Below, piece by piece: positions 57,579 through 64,000 of a stretch of 64,000 nt of DNA (position 1 is the first letter of the stretch; each line of letters begins with the position of its first letter). The stretch comes from Promethearchaeota archaeon. GTDB taxonomy: Archaea; Asgardarchaeota; Thorarchaeia; Thorarchaeales; Thorarchaeaceae. The DNA lies in contig WJMJ01000128.1 of NCBI GenBank assembly GCA_014728035.1, forward strand, positions 16,139 to 80,138. Direction: 5' to 3'. Under the pieces are notes generated by a model. It ran no database searches and was not told the DNA's origin. It saw only the letters and a list, made by a program, of their open reading frames with translations. The position numbers were made by a program, and so were the translations under genes.

Positions 57579-57953
57579 TTGGATAGGGATACAGAAATCC
57601 AACAACTAAAGGAAGAAATATTGTCCCTGAAAAAGACAGTCATGGACTTGAAAGGGGTCATTACCGACCTTAAGTCACAAGTCATTGAAAAAGAACCACA
57701 AAGACCATCTCCAGAGGTTGGGAGATACGACATGTTTCCAAACCAAGATTGCATCGAACGTGATGCCAGCTGGGACAGATTATTGAATTTTCTGTATGAT
57801 GCCGAAAAAGGTCTGACAACTACTGAACTCGCTCAGCAGTGGGGGCGGTCGCGTTCACGGACAAGCGAGGTGTTGAATCAGCTTGTTGAAGAAGGGCATC
57901 TGGTAAAATATCGAGATGGTCGAAGAATGAAGTTTCGAGCAATTGAGGATTAG
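57579..57953 (+). CDS. Coiled-coil + wHTH DNA-binding protein
   Basis: Heptads LKEEILSLKKTVMDLKGVITDLK; LTTTELAQQWGRSRSRTSEVLNQLVEEGHL. Confidence 0.82.
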   Translation: MDRDTEIQQLKEEILSLKKTVMDLKGVITDLKSQVIEKEPQRPSPEVGRYDMFPNQDCIERDASWDRLLNFLYDAEKGLTTTELAQQWGRSRSRTSEVLNQLVEEGHLVKYRDGRRMKFRAIED

Positions 57954-58084
57954 TCCCCTCAATTGCAATACCAACATGTTTTTTGCGCATTTTTTTGAGA
58001 TTTTTATGTAACAACCCAGTTATTCTTAAGTAGAATGAGAAGCGCGTATTCTTAATACTTACCTCCTCTTGAGGGTGTTCTCTA

Positions 58085-60409
58085 TTGGGTAATGAATTTA
58101 GAAAAGATAAAAGCGGTTCCGAAAAAAACCCTGATGTCAAAGTATACACAAGTCAGCTCTTTGAATTAAATCTACATGCTCAGGATGCTGTTAGAAGTTT
58201 TGTCCTTCACGATATTGATGATGTAGAAGGAGTTGAAATGAAACGAATAGCTATGCATGATGCTTTTACTGATTTGTATCAGGGTATTGCCTCCTTTAGT
58301 GAAGAAAGTATGGGAGAAGAATTTGATGTTGCGTTCCTTAGAGATCGCGTGGCCCAATCAGAAGGAGAACAAAAGGAACAATTTGAACAAGCATTGAAAA
58401 GTCTTCAAGAGCAGATCCAAACAAATTTGGCAAATATATGGATGGCAAGAGTGATGGCATGGCTTCACCAAGCTGCTGCTGCCAGTGGTCCATTTATCGA
58501 AGACGAACATGAAGAAAAAAATGATACTGCAAAGAAAACCTTAGCTGCAGTATATACTATGCTCGAAAAACCATTTTCTGCAGTACCTAAGAAAGTAGAT
58601 GGAACTCAGAAACTTAGACGTGTTGCATTAGGACACAAAGCATATAGCTTACTTTCGGATGCGGATGCAGACGAAAAGATTCTTGCTGAAATCTCAGGAA
58701 AGAACAAATCTGCAGAAGCTGAATTCTATGATGAATTTCTCAATGAGTTGATTGGTGTTGAGAGTACATTTCGACAAGCGTTCAATCCGTTTGATGAACT
58801 CATATGGAGAGACATGCTTAGTTCATATATTTTTGAGAAAGCTACTGATCTCTACAATGAAGCACTTCCGTTTTTTGAAAAAACCACAAACGGATATCAA
58901 CAAACTATTGGTACAATAAAATCATGGAAACAGAATACTGCAGGACTCAGTGAGGTCTACTTAGCAATGACCTATAATGATATAGCCGATGCACAAATGC
59001 GTGCTGGAAATCTAGAAGATGCTTCAAAACTATATACATCAGCTTCTGATGCATTTGGAAGAGCTGAGAAGTGCTTCAAGAAAGTGGTGAGTCTCGCACC
59101 AAATGCAGAGCAATCAAGGATAGACAAGGAACACAAGAAAGCACAAGCATTATTCTGTTCTGCAGAAACGTCCGTCAAAACACTTACCGATTTACTTGAA
59201 ATGAATAATCGCGAGGAGGCACTGGTTGTTCTCAAGGAGATATTCAGAGACCTGAAAAAAGCTAGCAAATTATCAAAGACCCGTGAGCTTACTAGTGCCA
59301 TCAAAGAGAATCTGAAGACCTTTTCATTCGTTGAAGAACTCATCAAAAAGAACACTGACGAAGATATTAGCGGAGTCATCACACAAATTTCCTTTGCTAA
59401 GGATCTTAGAAAAACAGGTCTAATAGAAGATGTACAAAAATCACTCGATGATGCACAAAAGAATATGAGCAACAACCCTTCAGACGCTCTTGAAGCCATT
59501 AGAGAGGCTTTGAATAGTTTGGGAATCCTCCTAAGTCTTGAAAGTGAAGATGAAGAGGTAGGTGACTTGCGCAACAAGACATTAGCTCTGTTGAATAACG
59601 TAAAATATGTCATTCAATTTCAACTGAGCTCACAACTTCAAACTGGCACCAAATTCATCATGTCAAGAATTCTTGAAAACCTCCATGCAGAAGAGGCCGC
59701 CTCCTACTATCAAATAATCGGTCAAGAGCCAGTTGCATCAGAACTAAAGGATCTTGGAAAATTGGCGCTAGCGACAGCTTATGCCTCGGAAGCTCAGACC
59801 TTTTCACGGCAGTCAGAACAGTGGGCTTTCCGGTCGCAAGTAGCACGAGTGAACACAGTCAAAGCACTTGGTGATGAGCTAGGCCAATTGGAAGCTGAAG
59901 GGTCAATGGATGGTACATTGAAGACCCATGATGAAACTATAAAACGCATCAATCAAGCAGTAGCATCTTTTGAATGTGCTGCAAATGAACTGAATAGTGT
60001 AGAGGGCGAAGCAATTCGTGAGAAAAACAATGTGGATGCCCAAGTCAAACAGCTCCAAGGAGTTGTTATGAAGCTTCGAGGAGACCTCAAACGACTCATG
60101 GGTGCAAAGAGCGATTTCATAGCAGAAATGTTCTATCTAAAAGGAGATATTACAAAGGCCAAGATACACTACTCCGATGCAAGCGATCAGTTACGAGAGG
60201 CAGTTGGAGCATATACAGGGGCTGCTGAATTATTCCAACAGTTAGGAGATATGCAATCAGCTAGAACTATTGGTAGTAGGGCTCAGACTACAGACCTAGT
60301 TGCCAGAAGTGTATGGGATAACAAGCAGAAGCTCGGTAGAGACCAAGACCCACTGCTTAAAGGAGAAGCTGAACTATCAGCTCTCTATATGGGAATCACT
60401 AACATGTAA
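58085..60409 (+). CDS. Large all-alpha (TPR/SNAP-like solenoid) protein
   Basis: Entirely helical composition; TPR-like units (IADAQMRAGNLEDASKLYTSASDAF; AVGAYTGAAELFQQLGD). Start uncertain. Confidence 0.75.
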   Translation: MGNEFRKDKSGSEKNPDVKVYTSQLFELNLHAQDAVRSFVLHDIDDVEGVEMKRIAMHDAFTDLYQGIASFSEESMGEEFDVAFLRDRVAQSEGEQKEQFEQALKSLQEQIQTNLANIWMARVMAWLHQAAAASGPFIEDEHEEKNDTAKKTLAAVYTMLEKPFSAVPKKVDGTQKLRRVALGHKAYSLLSDADADEKILAEISGKNKSAEAEFYDEFLNELIGVESTFRQAFNPFDELIWRDMLSSYIFEKATDLYNEALPFFEKTTNGYQQTIGTIKSWKQNTAGLSEVYLAMTYNDIADAQMRAGNLEDASKLYTSASDAFGRAEKCFKKVVSLAPNAEQSRIDKEHKKAQALFCSAETSVKTLTDLLEMNNREEALVVLKEIFRDLKKASKLSKTRELTSAIKENLKTFSFVEELIKKNTDEDISGVITQISFAKDLRKTGLIEDVQKSLDDAQKNMSNNPSDALEAIREALNSLGILLSLESEDEEVGDLRNKTLALLNNVKYVIQFQLSSQLQTGTKFIMSRILENLHAEEAASYYQIIGQEPVASELKDLGKLALATAYASEAQTFSRQSEQWAFRSQVARVNTVKALGDELGQLEAEGSMDGTLKTHDETIKRINQAVASFECAANELNSVEGEAIREKNNVDAQVKQLQGVVMKLRGDLKRLMGAKSDFIAEMFYLKGDITKAKIHYSDASDQLREAVGAYTGAAELFQQLGDMQSARTIGSRAQTTDLVARSVWDNKQKLGRDQDPLLKGEAELSALYMGITNM

Positions 60410-60429
60410 CTTGGAAAGAAGTGGATTCC

Positions 60430-60457
60430 ATGCATGACTCACATTGTTTTCATGCAT
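60430..60457. terminator. Hairpin between convergent genes
   Basis: ATGCATGA-12nt-TCATGCAT. Confidence 0.4.
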
Positions 60458-60462
60458 AGAAG

Positions 60463-62673
60463 TTAATTCACCGCATAGCCAGATTGTGTTGGAAGGTCGA
60501 AATCTTTTGATGGTGCCATGGTGTGTATCCGTTCAATTCTAAATGGTTCAAAAGGCACACCACCAGCATGATAGAACTTGCTAAACCATTCAACGAAATG
60601 TAATCTCAGAGTATGCATGAAAGCAAGTAATCCTTCCAAAATGCCGACTATGAGTGTACCCACTACAGCACCAAGTAGGGGCAGAAACGGTTGAACTTGT
60701 TCGGGACCATGAGCTCCTTCATGCCAGACCAATTCGGGAATGATTTCAACACCCAGAATCTCGATATGTGGAAAGGGTATGTTAAGAATTGGTGGGAGTA
60801 AAGTTATGAAGACCCCACTAAGAATAACATGAACTGTGTTCAATGCAAAAATTCGAGCGTAGCTGACAGTGTGGCTGATCATACCTAGCACACTTTCTAG
60901 CAAATGAACCATTCCGTCCATTCCACCCACAAAGGATAGCATCGCCATGATTACAAGAGGTATGATAAGCATGAAAATTGTGAATGTCTGGGCACCAACT
61001 GGTAATAGAGGATACACTCCATTATTACCTGAGCCATAGCCGATTCCCACAAAGGGTAACCACATATTCACGGCTCCAGCTGGATCAAACCATTTCTCTA
61101 TACTATTGTAGCTTACTCCAAAGAGGAGATTAACGAAACCAACGTAAAGCCAGAGATAAAATGCAGATATGCCAGCCTTTCGCATTTCATGGTGCTTGAC
61201 GTGATTATAGATACTAAGAAGAATGCCTAGTCCAATCTGAATAGCTCCAATTTCAATCGACAATTTCAACATATGTACTGCACGATAGGGGTTTGGATGA
61301 CCATGTTCATCAAGATGTGCAAAAATTGGCCATAACGGTTCAATAACAGTTTCAGCACCAAAAAAGCTGCCGAAGAGAAAACCACCTATCATGGCAAATA
61401 TCCCCATCATAATAAGGCCTTCAGCCCCAGCTTGGAGATATCCAAGCATAGAACCCCAGTCATCTCCTTTTTTCTTTGATCGCCAAGCTGCGATACCAAT
61501 AAGTAAAATCAAGAATCCTTGGCCAACATCAGCAAAGACCAAACCAAAAATGAGCGGAAAAGAAATCCACATTAGCTTCGTAGGGTCAAGGTCGTGTTTT
61601 GAAGGAGTACCGAAGGACTCTACTACCTTCTGGGTTGGTTTCATGAAATCTGGATTATCTAAATAAGTAGGTGATTCAGTTTCCGTAAAATCAGGTTCTT
61701 CGATATTAAGTACAAGAGCACTTCCGATATGCTTTTTCAAAATACTCTCCAAACGTTCTTCTTTTCCCTTTGGAATCCATCCCCAAGTCTTCACTGATTC
61801 TTCTGTATATACATAGAATCTACGAGCATCAAGTCGTCTGCGTTCGATATCCATTAATTCCCAAGCAACAGCTATTTTCGTTCTCCATTCCTTTCGAAGA
61901 TCATCTTTCCTCTGTTGTAGATCTGCAATCCTTTTCTTGATTTCAGAGATTCTTGAGATAGCATCTGAAAGAATTACCTCTGGAGACCCCTCAGATCCGT
62001 CTGGAATCGAAAAGGACTCAAAACCAAGAGCTGTGAGAATTCGTCCAACTGCAGATTGTAATGCTACTGGAACACTGATGGTTGCAACAGTTACTCCACG
62101 TTTCAAGTCAATGGAGCTGACTGCAAAGGAATCTTCAGTAACTTCCTTCAAGCTCCACTCTAACTCGGAGAACTTTGAGGTCTTAATGACTCCTGCAGTA
62201 GTATAAGTGTACTCGGTAGTGCCAATATAACCTGGGTCCAACCCTAAGGGTTCAAGATATTGGGCGACATCGCGAATGTTCATATATCTCTCAAGGTCCA
62301 TCTGCAGACTAACTAAATCTTTGTCAATCTCAAGAACCTCTGGTTCAACAGATCTAATCACATCACTAACATATTCAATAGAGCTAGAGAGTGTAGAATC
62401 ATCAATAGAAGCACGTTTGGATATTCCACGATCAAGTTCGATATCGAAAGTAGATGCAAGACGTTCAATTCGTTCTAAAGCGGCAATAGCTGTTGACTCG
62501 TCACGCGTCTTTTCAACAGTTGCTAAATTAGACCGCTTTCGAACATCGATGAACTCAAATAAACCGAATTCTTCCAGAGCAAGGGTCATTTGGCGATCCT
62601 TGTCCTTGTGCGATATGATCTTAGCCACTACCATTTTTGTGGGACTCATTTGTAGGCCCATTTTCAGAATCAC
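60463..62673 (-). CDS. atpI: A/V-type ATP synthase subunit I (a)
   Basis: GWIP, DPT, FGLVFADVGQG, SYARIFAL (essential Arg), HTLRLHFVEWFSKFY..GG.PF.PF; start likely ~62649. Confidence 0.95.
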   Translation of the reverse strand: MILKMGLQMSPTKMVVAKIISHKDKDRQMTLALEEFGLFEFIDVRKRSNLATVEKTRDESTAIAALERIERLASTFDIELDRGISKRASIDDSTLSSSIEYVSDVIRSVEPEVLEIDKDLVSLQMDLERYMNIRDVAQYLEPLGLDPGYIGTTEYTYTTAGVIKTSKFSELEWSLKEVTEDSFAVSSIDLKRGVTVATISVPVALQSAVGRILTALGFESFSIPDGSEGSPEVILSDAISRISEIKKRIADLQQRKDDLRKEWRTKIAVAWELMDIERRRLDARRFYVYTEESVKTWGWIPKGKEERLESILKKHIGSALVLNIEEPDFTETESPTYLDNPDFMKPTQKVVESFGTPSKHDLDPTKLMWISFPLIFGLVFADVGQGFLILLIGIAAWRSKKKGDDWGSMLGYLQAGAEGLIMMGIFAMIGGFLFGSFFGAETVIEPLWPIFAHLDEHGHPNPYRAVHMLKLSIEIGAIQIGLGILLSIYNHVKHHEMRKAGISAFYLWLYVGFVNLLFGVSYNSIEKWFDPAGAVNMWLPFVGIGYGSGNNGVYPLLPVGAQTFTIFMLIIPLVIMAMLSFVGGMDGMVHLLESVLGMISHTVSYARIFALNTVHVILSGVFITLLPPILNIPFPHIEILGVEIIPELVWHEGAHGPEQVQPFLPLLGAVVGTLIVGILEGLLAFMHTLRLHFVEWFSKFYHAGGVPFEPFRIERIHTMAPSKDFDLPTQSGYAVN

Positions 62674-62851
62674 CCAAAACTGCAGGTTATGATGGAATCA
62701 TCCAGATGTGTGTGGTTCATCTAGACAACTATGAGCAACTAGCTGAATTGATAAATGTATTCCCAGAGGAAAAACATGAAGTAAGCCAGAAGTGAATCTT
62801 TATCAAGGTCATAGGTTAAGAGAGCTTATACGTATCTCGGAGAATGGAGTA

Positions 62852-63175
62852 ATGTCGTCCGCTCAAAATGAAATTGACAGAATCCATGAGGCTGAAGTTG
62901 AAGCACAACAAACTATCAAAGATGCTGAAGACCGAGCACGTGAGATTCGAGAAGAAACAGAGAAAGAAATCAAGACTATTCTAGAGGCTGCGGAAACAGA
63001 TGCAAAACGCGATGCTGAAAAGATGCTAAGTGACATCGAGAGTAGGAGAATGAGCATCGAAAGAGACATCCGGAAGGAAGTTGATGGTGAAATTGTATTA
63101 GTTAGAGACGAAGCATCAAGAAAGTCTTCTGACGCAGTGGATCTAGCTGTAAAAATCATGCTTGGAGAGGAGTAA
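62852..63175 (+). CDS. atpH: A/V-type ATP synthase subunit H/G (peripheral stalk)
   Basis: IHEAEVEAQQTIKDA...AVDLAVKIML coiled coil; SD GGAG before ATG 62852. Confidence 0.8.
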   Translation: MSSAQNEIDRIHEAEVEAQQTIKDAEDRAREIREETEKEIKTILEAAETDAKRDAEKMLSDIESRRMSIERDIRKEVDGEIVLVRDEASRKSSDAVDLAVKIMLGEE

Positions 63176-63176
63176 A

Positions 63177-63794
63177 ATGTCCGGTGCTGATAACATCATT
63201 GATATGATTCGAGAGAAAGCCGAAAAAAAGGCTGAGAAAATCATACTCGATGCGGAAAGCCAGAAAACACTGCGTTTAAAGAGTGCTAAACAAAAAGCGG
63301 AAGAGATAGCAGAAGAGATACGTCAAAAGGCGGAAACCAAGACTAAATCTGAACTAAGCAAATACAAAGCAAGTGCCAAACTCAAGTCGAAATATCGATT
63401 TCTTGAAGTCAAAGAGGAATTAATTCAGAACGTACTATCAGAGATGCATAAACAACTTGAGAAGAAAGTTAAAAGTAAAAAATATGCAGATGTTCTGGAA
63501 AGTTTAGCAATCCAAGGAGGTGTATCATTAGGTGGAGGAAAGCTAGAGATAGTTCTCCCTTCAGACATTGGTACCAAACCGGATACAGATAAAATATCTA
63601 AAGAGGTCTCAAAGAAAACGGATGAAAAGACGACTGTGAAAATCTCAAAAGAAACAGTTCGTGCAACTGGCGGACTGATCATCCGAAAAGCAGATGGGAC
63701 AAAATGGGTAAACAATACATTCGAAGGACGACGTGAGCGTCTTGAGAACGAAATTCGAGATAAAATCGCATCCATTCTTTTTGTTAAAGGTTAA
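63177..63794 (+). CDS. atpE: A/V-type ATP synthase subunit E
   Basis: IREKAEKKAEKII...GGLIIRKADG...NNTFEGR...IASILF. Confidence 0.9.
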   Translation: MSGADNIIDMIREKAEKKAEKIILDAESQKTLRLKSAKQKAEEIAEEIRQKAETKTKSELSKYKASAKLKSKYRFLEVKEELIQNVLSEMHKQLEKKVKSKKYADVLESLAIQGGVSLGGGKLEIVLPSDIGTKPDTDKISKEVSKKTDEKTTVKISKETVRATGGLIIRKADGTKWVNNTFEGRRERLENEIRDKIASILFVKG

Positions 63795-63828
63795 TAGATG
63801 AGAGGGGCCATTATCCCCTAATCATCTA
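63795..63828. terminator. Hairpin immediately after atpE
   Basis: TAGATGA-G-AGGGG / CCCCT-AA-TCATCTA. Confidence 0.5.
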
Positions 63829-64000
63829 CTACTGTTCATTACTAGCTGAACAAACTCGGACCGTTCATTTTTAGTTGGGCAAACTTGGACACCCGAGCGT
63901 TGTCCGTCCAGAAACGGTACTGGAACTGGCTCGGTCCTTTTCAGGGAATGTGTGTCTGGTGACCAGACCTTCATCGTGTATCATCCCACATAACCTCCTA

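Noticed and set aside
1-64000. Mobile elements, prophage, rRNA or tRNA genes
   Set aside because: No transposase, integrase, terminal repeats or recognisable stable-RNA sequence seen by eye; a tRNAscan/Infernal run would be needed to exclude short RNAs.

Overview
Gene-dense, roughly 38-40% GC (by eye) archaeal chromosomal segment. The gene content points to an Asgard archaeon, probably Thorarchaeota-like (inference): two Rab-like GTPase domains, a gelsolin-domain protein, WD40/FG-GAP propellers with adaptin-appendage-like domains, archaeal POR/IOR, geranylgeranyl reductase, A/V-type ATPase subunits, TrmI and ThyX. Housekeeping and metabolic genes include galT (partial), thyX, the porG-D-A-B operon, iorAB, an SsuABC-type ABC transporter, a glmM-like mutase, pyrF, trmI and atpI/H/E. 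Five things stand out. (1) A complete bacillithiol-type bshA-bshB-bshC cluster in an archaeon, with an unusual Zn-ribbon insert in BshC and an altered BshB catalytic motif. (2) A 131-aa coiled-coil/Pro-rich protein ending in a near copy of the Ena/VASP F-actin-binding motif. (3) Two proteins with BBSome/COPI-like architecture, one fused to a Rab GTPase. (4) A gelsolin with a Pro-rich linker. (5) Regulator clusters (TrmB tandem; CARF-wHTH plus a large Lrp-like protein) flanked by palindromes, a GC-rich structured element and a candidate micropeptide. I saw no rRNA, tRNA, CRISPR array or transposase. All family assignments come from motif recognition by eye, without database searches.
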